The position numbers and the translations under genes are program-made. From Nageia nagi (lineage: Eukaryota > Plantae > Pinophyta): a stretch of 64,000 nt of DNA. The stretch spans positions 166,842,001-166,906,000 of the forward strand of contig JBITNC010000001.1 in the NCBI GenBank assembly GCA_050084985.1, given 5' to 3'. Each line of letters starts with the position of its first letter. The stretch's first letter is position 1. Shown here piece after piece: positions 36,232 to 50,075 of the stretch. The notes under the pieces are model-generated. The model saw only the letters and a program-made list of their open reading frames with translations. It was not told the origin of the DNA and did no database searches.

Positions 36232-39200
36232 GGGTTGACCAGGTAGTCTCTCATATTTATAAACTAACATGTAGCAACACCCTTAGTGAATAAGTGAGCC
36301 AGATTGTCCTCTATGTTGCAATAATGCAATTCAACAACTTTGTTTTCCAACATATCCTAGATGAAGTGATACTTCATGTTAAAATATTTGGATCTTGAAA
36401 GGTGTACAACTTTGCCAGTTGGATGACTTATCCTAGTATAGGGTGGTGGCACCAACTTGCTTTTCTCTAATCTTCTCAAGAAATGTTTACATCTATAAGG
36501 ATTATGCACTAGTATCAATTATGGTAATGTACTTATCTTTGATGGAGGATAGAGAAACAATTATTTATTTCTATTAAGACCATGTAACATGTCCAAAACC
36601 AAGGCTAAAATAGTTTCTAGAAGTAGACTTTTGATCATCAATGTTGTTATCCCAATCAATGTCTCTATACCTAACAAGTTTCACAACTTTATTATTGATG
36701 TAGTGGATTCCAAGATCTAGTGTCCCTTTCACATATCTCAAAATGCTCTTTGATTCCTTTAAATGGAGTTTTGAGGAGCACTCATGTACCTAGACACAAG
36801 TGGGATAGCATGAAAAATATCAAGCCTAGAATTTGTGAGAAACATCAAGCTCCCAACTAGGATTTGGTAGGTGTGCACATCTTAAATAGCCCCATATTAT
36901 TTAGTAAAGTACTCTCCATGTGCAATAAGAGTGATAAAAGTTGTATAGTCATCCATACCAAACTTATGCAATAGATCATTAGCATACTTAGTTTGAGAAA
37001 TAAAAAATTATTTATCATCTTGATAAAACTCCAAACTTAAAAAAGAATGCATAAGACCAAGATCCTTCATCTTAATTTCTTGCATCATGGAGTATTTAAA
37101 AGTATAATTTAAACTAGAATTGCTACCCATGTAAATAAGATCATCAACATACAAACAAACTAGCAAAATATCAATGCCATCATGCTTATAGTAGAGAATT
37201 GGTTCACTTTTGCTTCTTATGAACCCATAATTCTAGAAATACCCATCTATCTGTGAGTACCAAGCCTATGGAGCTTGCTTGAGACCATATAAGGCCTTAT
37301 TAAACTTGTATACATGATGTTCTTTACCTCTCTCTTCAAAACCTTAGAGCTAAGCAACAAATACTTCTTCATCGACGTACCCATTCAAGAATGCACTCTT
37401 GACATCCAAGTGGTACACTTTCTAGCCTTTATGAGAAGCAATGGAGAGAACCATTCTAATGGTTTATTGTATGGAAATAGGAACAAAGGTCTCAATATAT
37501 TCAATTCCATATCTCTATGTGAATCCTTTGGCCACAAGCCTAGCCTTGTATCTTTCAACAATAACATCAACATTAAAATTTATTTTATAGACCCATTTAG
37601 AGCTATATCCTTTTCCCCTTTTGGAATATTAACAAGATCCCATGTATCATTTTTCTCAATGGAGTGCATATCTTCTTCCATGGCCTTCATCCAAACATCA
37701 TTAGTACAAGGATATTCAAAATAATAAGGCTCTAAATCAGCAAAAGCTACTAATTCAAAACTAGCCAATTCACCCTTTAGTTTATCATCCAATTCATCAC
37801 TACACAAATGGAGATTTTCAAGCCTTTTAATCACTTTATCTATTTCTTTTTCTTGTCCTCTTGTTATTATTTTTGAAAAATTCTAATTTAGCATTTCAAA
37901 GGGTGAATTACAAGTGTTCTATTACCTCTTACTTTACCATTTTTTCTAGGAGAAGTTTCACCATCACTTGGATCATCTTTGGGCTACACTTGTGTGGGAT
38001 TCTATGGATTGTTTGATGCTTTGGGTTGCACATTATGTTGGATTAGATGAATAATATATTATAAATTGGTGGAGATTCCATCAAAGGATCCATCAATAAC
38101 AACTTATTTTTTATGACCCCATGCTCTCCATTAAAAATAACATATTTGGAAATAATAACTTTATGAATTTTGGAATTGTATAATCTATATGCTTTGGTTG
38201 ATTCACAGTAGCTAATAAATATGATAGGTTCACTTTTTGGATCTAATTTTTATCTTTGTTCCTTTGGAATATGCACATAAGCCAAGCAAACAAACACTCT
38301 AAAATAAATTGCATTTGGTCTTTTCTCATACCATGCCTAAAAGGAGTTATGCCATTCAAAATAGAGGTAGGAATTTTATTTAGAATATACACTTCTATAT
38401 TAATAGCTTCACCCTAGTAAATATTGTTTAATCATTTATTTTGGAGCATGTTTCTTTCCGTATTAGCCAAATTTCTATTTTTATAGTCAGCTACACCACT
38501 TTGTTGTGGAGTGTAGGCAACAGTGAATTGTCTTCTCATACCACAATCTTTACAATATTGCAAGAATTAAATACTACAAAACTCCCCCCTCATTTTGTTC
38601 TTAAAATTTTTAAATAGTATCCACTATGCTTTTCAACATTATTCTTGAACTCCTTAAAGTATGTAAAGTTTTCATCCTTGTTCTTAAGAAGTAAATCCAA
38701 CACATTCTTGTATAGTCATCAATGAACATAAGGAAATAAATACTTTTACCAATACTTGGAGTTTGCATTGGCCCATAGATATAATTTTCCACCAATTGGA
38801 GAGGATAAGAGGCTCTCCATGCTTGACTTTTTAGGAAGCTTGATCTTGAATGCTTTCCCATCGCACATCTAGCACACACTTCTTTATGATCTTGGACCTT
38901 GGGTAGCCCATACATAATCTCATTGGAGACCAAACTTAAAGTTGAGATGCCCATATCTCAAATACCAAAGCCAAATATTATCATCAATAGCAACATTAGC
39001 AAAATTTGAGCTTTTCTTACCAAATTTAAGAGGAAACAACCTATTATTTATAATTACAATAGTGGTGACATCCTTCTACCCTTGATTCTTATCATAAATC
39101 ATACATTTTCTATCCTTAAGCACAAGTTTGTAGTTCTTTTACATCATTTTCCCAATACTCAACAAATTATGTTTCAATTCTAGAATGAAATATACATCAT

Positions 39201-40332
39201 TTACCTTCTTGTTACCTTCATTTGTGGACACCTCCATATCTCCCATGTCTTCAACTTGATTGGATTTTTCATTTCTAAGCATGATTTAGAACTTGTAGGA
39301 ATCATCCATGGCATAAAATAGATCTCTCTTGCCATTCATGTGGTTGGAGCACCTGGTGTCAAGAATCCATGTATCATATTGCTTTTGGGCTAAGTGGGCA
39401 TAAGAAAAAAATAAGGTGGAGGATGTATCCTCCTCGCCATACTTGGCACTTTGGGCTCCTTCTTGAAAAGCCTTTAATCTATGTTCTCTCTCATAGTGTT
39501 TATGCTTGTTACAATAGTAACATTGCTTGTTTATTTTATCACCTCTTGGAGAATCCCCTCTACCTCTTCCTTGTAATCCTTGTCTACCTTGAAAGACACC
39601 TCTCCTTCCTCTTCCTCTATAAGATCTACCTCTTCATCTACCTTGAGCTTCCCCTTGAACACTAGTACTAGTGTCACCTTTAGAAGTGAAAGCTTTCTCT
39701 TCCACACTCCCAACATTGGTAGGTGGAGCAAGCATTTCCTCATGTGACATTAAAGAACTAATGAGCCGATCAAGAGTGAGGGTGCTCAAATCTTTGGTCT
39801 CTTCAAACATGATAGCAATTTGGCTCCATTTGGGAAGAAGTGTTTTTGACACTTTCTTTGATTACTACAATAGAATTTGATATCTCCTCTCCAAGTGTCT
39901 CCATCATTTGGAAACAAGTATCCAATAAAACATAATGCTCTGCTACTTTCTCATCCTCTTTTTTATTCATATTATCAAACTCTATTTTCAAAGTTTGAAG
40001 CTTCACTTGCTTCACTTGGTCCTTACCTTGGAATCCATCCTTCAATACCTTTCATTCATCCTTTACCATGTTGTAACTAGAAATCCTTTAAAAGAGCCTC
40101 TTTTATAAGCTTGATTGGATATGATAGATAGAAAATGAATTCTTATTTTGAGCATCTCTTTTAGTAGGTCTATCAACTTGAGGAAGCATGCCCTAGTTTG
40201 GTTCCACATTGCCATATTCAATGATGTCCCATATTCCCTTGCATATGAGTGAGTGCTTCATGTTCAATGTCCAATATTCATAATATTCACATTGAAATCT
40301 ATTATAGGAAGAGAATTCACTCTAAAAGCCAT
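36232..40332 (-). pseudogene. Degenerate copia polyprotein
   Basis: gag YEYWTLNMK..KGIWDIIE and KLQTLKIEFDNM; protease DTWILDTRCSNHM; INT CARCAMGKH..FIDDYTRMCWIYFL (38610-38954); RT WMKAMEEDMHSIEKNDTWDLV and LYGLKQAP; RH ending NLAHLFTKG. Confidence 0.93.
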
Positions 40333-40466
40333 TTCACACACTCCAACAATATTAATAACAAACTACAAGGCTATTTGGATTGCCTTTTGCAAAACTTGCT
40401 AAATTATTGAAAAATACCCACAGCCTCTTCAAACCCAACTTAGATAAACTAGCTTTGATTCCAATA

Positions 40467-40881
40467 TGAAACAATATTAAGGAATTGAACACTCACTAAC
40501 ATGATTCATTTAACAAATTTGAAGTACATTTTATAGTACCTCAATGAGTAACTAATCTAAGTTCATGGACAATTACATAAATTCACTAAAATTCTATTGT
40601 AATTAGCTAAATGGGAATTACATTCATGTTGTATACCACTCTCCCATCATCCTAGATAAGTAAAATATCCCATAGGAATGTGCAACAAGAAAAAATTTAC
40701 CAAAAACCATTAAATATTTGTAAATGATCAAGATACTAACAAAATATAGGGGGTGTTCTAGAAATGCAGTTGTGTTTTAGAAATGCAGTGGGTAGGAATA
40801 AAATGTAGCTACATTTTGATAGAAGGATAAAATTCAATTGCTTTTCATACTAGCAATTTCTCAAAACATAATACTCCAATA
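40467..40881 (-). repeat. Copia 5' LTR
   Basis: tgaaacaata...ctccaata next to the PBS and TSD. Confidence 0.88.
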
Positions 40882-41060
40882 GTTATTGATTTCAGTATAG
40901 TATCCAAGCATTTTCCTTTCATCATATTTAATAAGCATAGATTAGAATTATTTTTTATAAGATCAATCACAATCTAATTTCAACATATAGTGCACTACCA
41001 TTTGAAATTAAGTCAACCTAAAATTTATAATTATATGACACAAAAAAAATCATTCATTTT

Positions 41061-41080
41061 TGGTATCATTTGCAAGGAAG
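41061..41080 (+). promoter_or_regulatory. Decayed Athila-type PBS
   Basis: tttt-tggtatcatttgcaaggaag resembles tggcgccgttgccgggga after CpG-type transitions (inference). Confidence 0.55.
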
Positions 41081-41329
41081 GCAATATGATTGCTATGTGA
41101 TTTATACAATTTAAAATATTCTTGAATGTCATTGAGGCCTAGAAATGAGAAGGGATAATTTATTCCTATAAAGGGTCAAGGAAACATAAGAGGAAACACT
41201 TGAAAAACTCCATTATGATGAAGGGAAACATGAGGTGTTGGAAGAAGGGAATTAGTTGAACCAAAAGCTTTAACTTTAGAAAATCTTTTTCAAATACCTG
41301 AATCCTCTCCTAGTGAGGAACTCTTAATA

Positions 41330-42510
41330 GATAGAATTTTTAGCTATTTAAGAATCAACATCCAAAATACAAGAGTGGTATATAATTATCTATAACTTAT
41401 AGCTCTCACAAAAACATCACACATAAATTTCTAAAATTACCATCTTTCATGTTCTCTATGTTCTTAATATGCACAAAATAGAAATAATCATGCAAATACA
41501 TACAAAGAACATAAGGAATTTATATAGGTTCCTCTCTTTATTCTGAGAGTACATCCCCTTCCAAAATTATATCTTTTTTATGTTGATAAGAATGAAGCTT
41601 ACAATCATGGACATACTAAATGTTTTTGCTACATTTTGGACATTCGTATTTTCTTACTTTCATGCTCTCTTTCTCCTCTAAAATCAACCAAATCAAATCT
41701 AAAATTTCTAGAATTTATTGGATCATATTGATCACCCAAGCATGTAGGGTTATTTGGCTAATCCCCACTCCTAGATAATTAATCCTTAGAAAATAATGAA
41801 ATGTAGGTATAACTTTTTATTTCATCTACCACATATAACAATCTCACTCTTTATGTGACTACCACTAGCCTAACTAGGCTATTTATCTCTACACAATTTA
41901 CTAATCCCCTCATGGAGTTATACAAAATATACAAATTCTATGATGGTCCTCCACCATTCACTTTCATGGCTATGATATTGTCCATGGAGTTTAGAACAAA
42001 ATCCAATTTTCTACATTCATAAAAACTACATTGAATCCCCTTTGGATATTTCTCTCCAAGAGCTACATCTCATCCCTCCAAGGATTTTTTTTACACATCC
42101 TAAAACCCTCCTTTTATAACATTATATGAAGCTAAGGATGATCACATTTCCAACTCATTATTATTTTGCATCATTATCTTCTCCAACTAATTTCTGCCAT
42201 AAGATGGACATTTTAAGACATCCATCATGTCTGCTTTAGGATATTCACAAACATATAGATTTTTTAATTATGAATTCATTGAAAAAAATGGGTTCAAAAT
42301 GAGTTTTGAGTAAAATGCTATGAGCTTTGGAAGTTGCCTTATTATTTTGGCCTTTTTATGTTTTATTTTTCTCTCTTTTTTCTCATTGATCAATTTTTTT
42401 GATCAAAGAGATTACATAATACCATCAAGAATCCTCATGAGAAGGTAGAATTATAGGTCCACCTAAAGAACAATCATAAGCAACCTATAAGATTTTCAAA
42501 ATATCATTCT
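41330..42510 (-). mobile_element. Possible solo LTR within the Athila 5' UTR (boundaries uncertain)
   Basis: aaggaatttatataggttc..gagtacatcc (41513-41556) looks like a reversed LTR U5 motif; TATA-like ctccttttataac at ~42110; no TSD found. Confidence 0.35.
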
Positions 42511-42595
42511 AAAACATTTGCTAAGTTTTCAACCACTTTCATAAAATACCTAAGACACAAATAAAAGGATCCAAAATCCATCAGATATCTTGGGC

Positions 42596-43850
42596 ATGGA
42601 ACATGATTAATGATGAAGTATTTCTGACCACTAATAACAATGGTAAGTTAAAAATATTCTCCATCCTAATTAAATTATTAGATTGAGAGGATCCTACAAA
42701 TAATATCTCTTCATCATACCTTCCCATTTTCTAGGGGACATCTATAGAAGATCCTGATACTTTCTTATTTGAGTTTGATGTTCTATGTAGAATGTATGAC
42801 TACAACAATGATGCACAAAGGGTTAAGGAATTTCCTACCAACCGTAAAGGTGCAACCTTGATATGGTTTATGGATCTTGGGAAAGATTTAATTACCAACT
42901 AGAATGTTATTTCTTGAAAAATATCAAGACTATTATAGAACATATGATGTAAAGCATGAAGTCTTAAAGATGGAACAACAAGATAATGTACCATTAGAAG
43001 ACTATTTGGAAATGTTCTCCTTTGCAACCTAAGAATGAAAAGTTAAACTATATAAAGAAATGATGAAAAGCTTATTTCTTAAAGGAGGATAAGAATATTG
43101 TGTTGAAACCTTACATTTTATCGGTGGAGGTGATTTTTCAAAGAAATAAACAAGTGAGATCTTTGACTTATGTAAAAAATATTCAAGAACTAGACGAGGA
43201 ATAAGATCATCTAAGTTTGGAAGCACGACATGAGGAGTTACTAAAAATGCTATAAATTACCTGATGAAAAATTTAAATATTAACATCCTTAGTTCATTAT
43301 CCAACATATTAGATACTATAAAGGTTAAAGAAGAAGAATATGTGGAGGTATACTTCCTATGATGCAAATCTCAACATGCTTTCTATGAGTGTCTTGTTGA
43401 TAAAACTAATATATGTTCTATCTAAGAAAAAGACCATGATGTAAACTCCTACCCTATGTTTCCAAAAATAAATATGGTTGTAAAGGAAATGGAAGGGAAA
43501 ATATCAAGGATTTATGCTTCATTGGACCAACAAGGAGACCTTTATGGGTACTCTGGGGTATGTATGATCCACCTAAATGTATTCCCTTATGAATAATCAA
43601 TATGATCATAACTAGAATAATACATGTACATGGAATTATACCCACCCCAATTAGTCCCATTGGTAAACTTATGTACCTTAGACATAACACCAAAGGGGGT
43701 GGAGTGGGAAATCATCATAATTATTACCCCCATAAAAATAATAGATCATATTACCCCCTCTCAGTAACCCAAACAACCTCCATTACCCTTGCAACCCACT
43801 CTAAATGCAAATGATAAGCCTACATACTCCATAAAATTGGATGTAACTAT
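42596..43850 (+). pseudogene. Degenerate gag of Athila-like element
   Basis: LPIF*GTSIEDPDTFLFEFDVLCRMYDYNNDAQRVKEFP..ATLIWFMDLG from ~42718. Confidence 0.85.
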
Positions 43851-45844
43851 TGATTAGTATAATGTAACCTAAGGGTTTAATTTGGTAAATTATCCATTTC
43901 CTAATAATAGTATGATTTTGGAAAGAGCAAAAGTGGTGGGATAGTGCACTTGTAGGGGTTTTCTACTCAATCTTTGAGTTATATATCAGTTCCTATCTAT
44001 AAAAGAGGTCAAAAGTAACTAAAAGAGATAAAAGAGGTTAAGAGTAATAGGAAAGACATCAAAATCTAAACTACAAAAAGCAAACTAAAACTAATCATCT
44101 TTAGAATCATTGTACAGATAGTAATCCATTACGAAGACTAAGAATAGAATAACTAAATTACTCTTAGGGTTTAGCAATTGCAATACATAGCCATAGTTTA
44201 GGATAATGTTTCATACACAATGATTACAAAACAAGATAATAACTATAAATTATAGAGGGAAAAATGCCATAGTATTGCATTATCATATATGAAAACACTT
44301 CTCACACTGGGTAACTTTGCTAAAATGTTTGATCTTTTAGACATCTAACAGTCCATTATTTATAATGTTCTATTTACAAAATAGGTGGTTTTCCATCATT
44401 AATGACTACAACTACCCTATTGACTAAGAAAAGAATAGACTTGAATATTTATAATCATGTGAAAGAAAATGTACGATTGTGACTAATTATGGATTATGGT
44501 CTTGATGCAATACCAATTATTGGAATTTATAGACCTCCAATCATGTACCTATTTAGCTGCAATCAGTCATCCTTTATCTCTTGACCATGTTACATCTAAA
44601 TTGTTATTGAATTAATGAGGTATGGTTTTCTATATATATATATATATATACAATTAATTTGTTTAATTAGTCTATGATATAACAACCCTATGTAATCATT
44701 ATATGGTTCTTTTATAGTTTTTATGTCAACTACTATAAGGGTGAATGGAGATATAACCATTCAAACTTGAGAGTGAACTATTAATGCCTTATAGAAATGA
44801 GTTGTATTTGACACATTGGTAGAGTCATGGGGGTCATACACTCTTAATTAACTAGATATGGGCATTCCTTTCTTCTTAAAATTCTCACTTACCCCTTGAA
44901 GGTCTTGTTACACATCGATGGGTATTGTTGAAACCTAAGATATTTATCACCCATCAATTTCTCCAAAAAGGTGTGATGCCATCATTCAAAATTGGTGGGG
45001 CCTACTAAATATAGAGTTATGAATAATTCCCACCATAAAGAACCATTGGGATCAACTACTAACTAATTTATCTAGAGCCCAGTGATTTCCATTGATAAGT
45101 ATGATGTCATCTCTAAATTTTCATGATTCCTATTTGATTTGACTCTATTGATAATGCCTATTACATGACTTAGCTAGAAATAATGACTATGTTCAACAAT
45201 GTCTAGAAATAAACCCTACACTATACAATATTGGAACTTAAGAAATAAGACTTGAGATAGGGCCTAAACATGACTTAGACATACACATACTATATACTAT
45301 AATACGTAAAAATAAGAATTGAATTGGACTTAGACAAATCCCAAAAATGACTTAACCAATATTACAAATTGGAGACTTCTTTAGCCTATGACTAATACAC
45401 ATATCTCAGATATGACCCATTCAACTCTACACAAATAACACCTACCTTATTGCAAAATGATGGTTTTGAATAACATTTTATTGACTAATACTTGGTAATA
45501 CAAATATGACCCAGAAACTACTTAAAAAAAAAACATATTTTGACTAAAGATACATATAATACATGACTCTTAAGAAAAAGACTAAGTATATACAATGTAA
45601 ACTTAGGATTGAATTTTGTACAAGTATTTTTAAATGAAAGAAAGGGGATAAGAAATAGGAATTATAGAAAGGGTATTATTAGGAAAGGAATGAATAAATG
45701 AAAGAATAATGAATGTAAAAAATATGGGAATAAAAAATGGAAAGTATAGAAAGGATTATATTAGGAAAGGAATGAATAAATGAAAGAATAATGAATGTAA
45801 AGAATATTACCCCTTTTAGAGTGTAATTTTGCAATAATAATAAT
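43851..45844 (-). repeat. TatII 3' LTR (inner end truncated)
   Basis: Colinear with 55718-57704; carries (TA)n at 44631-44650, absent from the partner. Confidence 0.88.
45632..45807. repeat. ~83-bp purine-rich tandem duplication in the TatII LTRs
   Basis: attaggaaaggaatgaataaatgaaagaataatgaatgtaaa x2; mirrored at ~57493-57665. Confidence 0.85.
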
Positions 45845-45849
45845 CTTCT

Positions 45850-48800
45850 AGAGGCTCTTTGGGGTCTTAAATTTGCTAGAGAATAGAACCCTTATTGACC
45901 ACTTCCACTTGCTTGCCTAGTTGTAGCCTTTGGTAGGAGCTATGGCTATGATACAAATTTTGTTTGTAATAGAGGTAGAAGTTTTGTTTATAAATTTTAT
46001 AAATCCTTATTATCTACCTATTATAGGATGGGGCATGCTTGAAAATTTGCAATATTTTCTCTAAATCTCTTAAGAAAACTCTCCAATCTACCAGCATGCA
46101 GAATTCTTGAAATTACTTCCTAAGTCTACTCACTCATTTCTTGCAGGTTTGAGAGTTGCTTAGAAAAATTTATTACTGAATCTTTATCTAGAAATGACTT
46201 AATTTTCCATCCATCGGTTGACACTACTATATACATCAAATTATTCCTATAATTTGTGAGCTTTCAATTGAATTAAAGAACATATTTACAAAGCTAATTT
46301 CTACCTTTAATTGACCCTTTTCTAGGTCTAGGGTAAATCCCAAATCTTTTAAATCACAAACATACTTGAATTTTCTCAAAAGTGTTTACTTTGACCTTGG
46401 GGTTATAATGGCCAAATCCTATGTTGTTATCATCCTAAGCAAACACTACATTTCTTCACTTTTTTCTCTTGGGCTTCTAGGGCCAACTATTGGATTGCTA
46501 TCATAACATCATATTGAAGTATGACCTATTTTGTTTGATTTTTTAAATAATATAGCTTGGATAGGCTTACCATTATTTTTCCAATTTTCTCAACCATGTT
46601 TTTCCTATAATCTTTGATGATTTGTAGTAGCTCTACCTTATCATCATTTAAAACTTTATTAGCAGCTACAGTCTTCTTGAGCTCTTCTTCTATTTGTTGA
46701 GATTTTTGCTTATCAATTATGTTGGGTTGAGCCTTTATCTCTTTAATCTACTTTTTTAATGTGTCCAATTTTGCCTTAGAATCATGTAGGCTCTTATCAT
46801 GCTCAACCTTTTTCTTGGTTAATTTTTTAATCAAGTATTAATTATGATTTTGTAACTCAACCATCATTTTATCCTTCTAAGAGTAATCTCTTTTGAGCTA
46901 TTCTAGTTTTTTATTTAATTTTTTTAATTTTGTTCTCCATAGATTGGAGATTTTTTTAGTTGCCAAGGAAGTATTTACCAAAATACTAGATTGGTCTACC
47001 TTTAGGGCACTCTACATATTTATATTTATAAAGGTGGTGGGGGTTGTATCTAGCTACCCATCCTTGATAGGCATCTATGCAATTTTAATATCCCTTGTAT
47101 TTGTAACTTAATAGTATTCCTTATTGCTCTAGAAGTATATGGGGTTTGTTAATGAATGTTTTCCAATCAATGGTATCTACTACTTGAGTAGCAAAAATAC
47201 TTTTTATTTCCTCATTTGAGGTAGTTGAATAAGGAATTAAAGAATGATAGGATGTACCTACCTTTGGTGTTGATGTTGGAGTTTCTAGGGATGGCATCTC
47301 CTTTTCTATTTCCATAATGGATTCTCTCTATATGTTTCTTATTCTTTCTATTCTATAAGAGTTGCATATTTCTTTGGTTCCTTATCTATTGGTATGGATT
47401 CCTTTTTCTTATTTGGATCATCATCATCTTTATTTGCTTCTCCACCTACTAGTACTATTCCACCCATTTCAAGCACATTTCCTCCCCCTTGTTGCACTTC
47501 ATCCCCCAGGTTCTCTTAAGCATCCTAATATGTAACTATGTCTATGGTTAGGGCTTATGGGTCTCAACATCTAAGAACTCTGTATCTCCCATGCTTTGCT
47601 ATGGCTCTTATTCTTGTACATGTGAAGATGAGACCCGAGTGCTCTTAGTCACTATTGGCTTTGTTGGAGGCTTCTATGCTTTCTATGGGATTTTCTTCTT
47701 ACCATTTGGTTCTCTAATTATTAATTTAAGTTTTATTTATTTCTTTAGGGAAGACTACTTAAAAGCAATAGGTGTTTCCACTAGAGTCTCCTTTCTCTTC
47801 CTTGGTCGTACGCTAGAGCTTGATCCTTCTTCATTCTTCTCTTAGGGTCTTTTTGCTCCTTGGCCCACTGCACTAATGGCTAAATGTGTTGTGTTTCCTT
47901 GCCTTGAAAATTGGATGGCAAGGGTTTCCCCATCTCTAGTAATGGGTCCTATTGGTATTGGAAAAACTAGTACTTTTCAAGTCTAGACTCATCAAAGGGA
48001 TTGTTTCTACATGTACAACCTTGGTGGTGTACTCAAATCTAGATTTGGTAAAGAATTTTATTAAAATAGAGCCCCAATTCATTTCATCTTGCAATTGTGC
48101 TATTACTTCTAGGGCCACGGAGAACTCTTACCTTATAGTTTCCCATAATCTATATTTCTTTACCCATTCAAGGGCCATCTATGCCTTGTATAAAATTATG
48201 AATTCCTACTTTAGGGAGGTCTCAGCATCTTATTTAGTCTAATTTACAAAACACTTAATATGGAGCCAAGCTTCATGACCATTTCTTATTTTCCTTTACA
48301 ATTTTTGTACAATCCCCAACATCCAAGTGTATTATAAATTTTTTAATTTAAAATTTTGAACCAAAAAATTAAATAATTCTTCTATACAATCTACCTCTAT
48401 TAATATAAAACTACCTAATATAGTTGCCATTTTGATTAAGGGCTTGAAATTACTGCTCGATCCATATCTGGTCTTAATAGAAGATATTTGTCTACCCATA
48501 TATAAAGAATACAATTACAAAATAACACATTTGGGTAACAAAAAAGGAGTTTCAAAATACCCATACCTTATAATAATTATCCTCTCTTTCAAGAAGTACC
48601 AGTCTCTAATTTTATTTTTTGTGATGAGAGTTTTCATGACTAGGGCAAAAAAATTCTCCATGAATTCATAATAAGAACTATGAACTTTGGTGAGTAACAA
48701 CACCCTCATTTCAATTGAATTAGGAGCTATGGAAGCAGTGTCCAACACTATAGATAATCCCCTATCAACCATAAAATGTAAATTTTGGTAGATAATCAAC

Positions 48801-49605
48801 CACTAAAGATAGGAGGAGTGCCTAAAACCTTCCTTTGTGATATTAAATAGATTATATTTTTTATTTCCTTAAATAATAAGGAAGCAAATTTAGATCATAT
48901 TAACCCTTAAACAATGTTGTAAGCCATCTTGACCATGGCTTCATCAGCATCAATTTGGGTCATACGTCCATGAATCATAGCCAAATTTTGTATGACTTGC
49001 CTATCCTATGTTTTCTCAATTAATGCAATATATTAGCTATGGAGGAGATTGGTGGTGTTCACTCCATATCTCTCATCAAGCCAGTTAATCATGTTGTCCT
49101 CATATTGAAAAAAGTCTCATTTTTATTTTCTCAAATCAACTTGCTTTTTGACATGGAAGCTCCAATCATCTGGAATAGCAAGTGCATTGATAATAGCAAT
49201 AAGGGAGTAATCCAAGAAATTATTTGCTAGATAAGCTAATTCTTAATCACCTTCCTTATGCTCGTTGTATGCTCTAATGATGTAGCCTTATGGGTTGTGC
49301 CTTAAAGCAATGGTTGTAAGTAGATCTGGGCAAGTGAAAGATTCATATGGTACAACAAATGCCAACCCGAGGTCAAGCATGATATTGTTTCCTAGGGCTA
49401 TCATTTTACCCTTCCTTACCACTTCAGGCCTCTTATGTTGCAACAATGGTATTTTTGTGTATGATCTCTAGGTATCCATATGACTAAGCACTCCCCTATC
49501 AGTCTAGTTTACCCTAGGGGCATTTTCCAAGTATTCTTCATGTATCTTTGATACCTCCTTAACCTCTCCCCTTGAAATGATCATAGTCTACTTTATTTTA
49601 GACAT
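45850..49605 (-). pseudogene. Decayed accessory ORF downstream of TatII pol (unknown function)
   Basis: Chain of same-strand fragments: FTCPDLLTTIALRHNP; IRDWYFLKERIIIIRYGYFETPFLLPK (48515-48799); acidic/Pro linker; coiled-coil-like stretch ~46600-46960. Confidence 0.65.
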
Positions 49606-50027
49606 TATGCTTAGTAGTTTCTTTGCATCTTGGTTAAACATTAAGATTGCTACTTCAATTGTGTGAAGAATAAAACTCCTTCTCACACTAGCACCGAAAT
49701 ATCTATAAATAATATAACTCTACAAATACTCAAAAACTTGGGCTCTCAAATTTGCTAAGTGATGAATGATAGAGTTAGGACCATATTTTATTTGCTTGGG
49801 GTTTTTTGACTTTTGCCTATTAATGACCATTAACACATTGGGAATGTTATGGTTTATGCAAAATGTTATGTTAAACCTGATAGGTGGGATGACATTAAAC
49901 TCAAGTGCATTGGTTTTAAATTGGAAGGTAAGATGTGAGCTGGTGGCTTTTTTTGAGAAAATATCACTTTGAGTGATAATTTTTTAATAAGATTATTTGC
50001 GATCATCAAACTTAACCATCACCATGC

Positions 50028-50075
50028 CTGATAAATATCACTATTAATGACTGATAAATATCACTATTAATGACT
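50028..50075. repeat. Perfect 23-bp tandem duplication
   Basis: ctgataaatatcactattaatga x2. Confidence 0.95.

Larger units (their letters stand above)
35792..40881 (-). mobile_element. Ty1/copia element (Ivana/Ale-like), near full-length, decayed
   Basis: Perfect TSD gttat (35787-35791 and 40882-40886); LTRs 35792-36231 and 40467-40881; PBS tggaatcaaagc (40452-40463); gag-PR-INT-RT-RH order. Confidence 0.92.
34626..41056 (+). repeat. 5' LTR of Athila-like element, split by the copia insertion
   Basis: 34626-35791 plus 40887-41056 are colinear with 62808-63956, where aagttattgatt is uninterrupted. Confidence 0.82.

Noticed and set aside
37314-37724. 136-aa + strand ORF
   Set aside because: Antisense shadow of the copia RT.
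45632-45807. Repeat-spacer look (also 10089-10168, 30120-31085)
   Set aside because: Plain tandem or degenerate repeats in eukaryotic LTR elements; no unique spacers and no cas genes, so not CRISPR.
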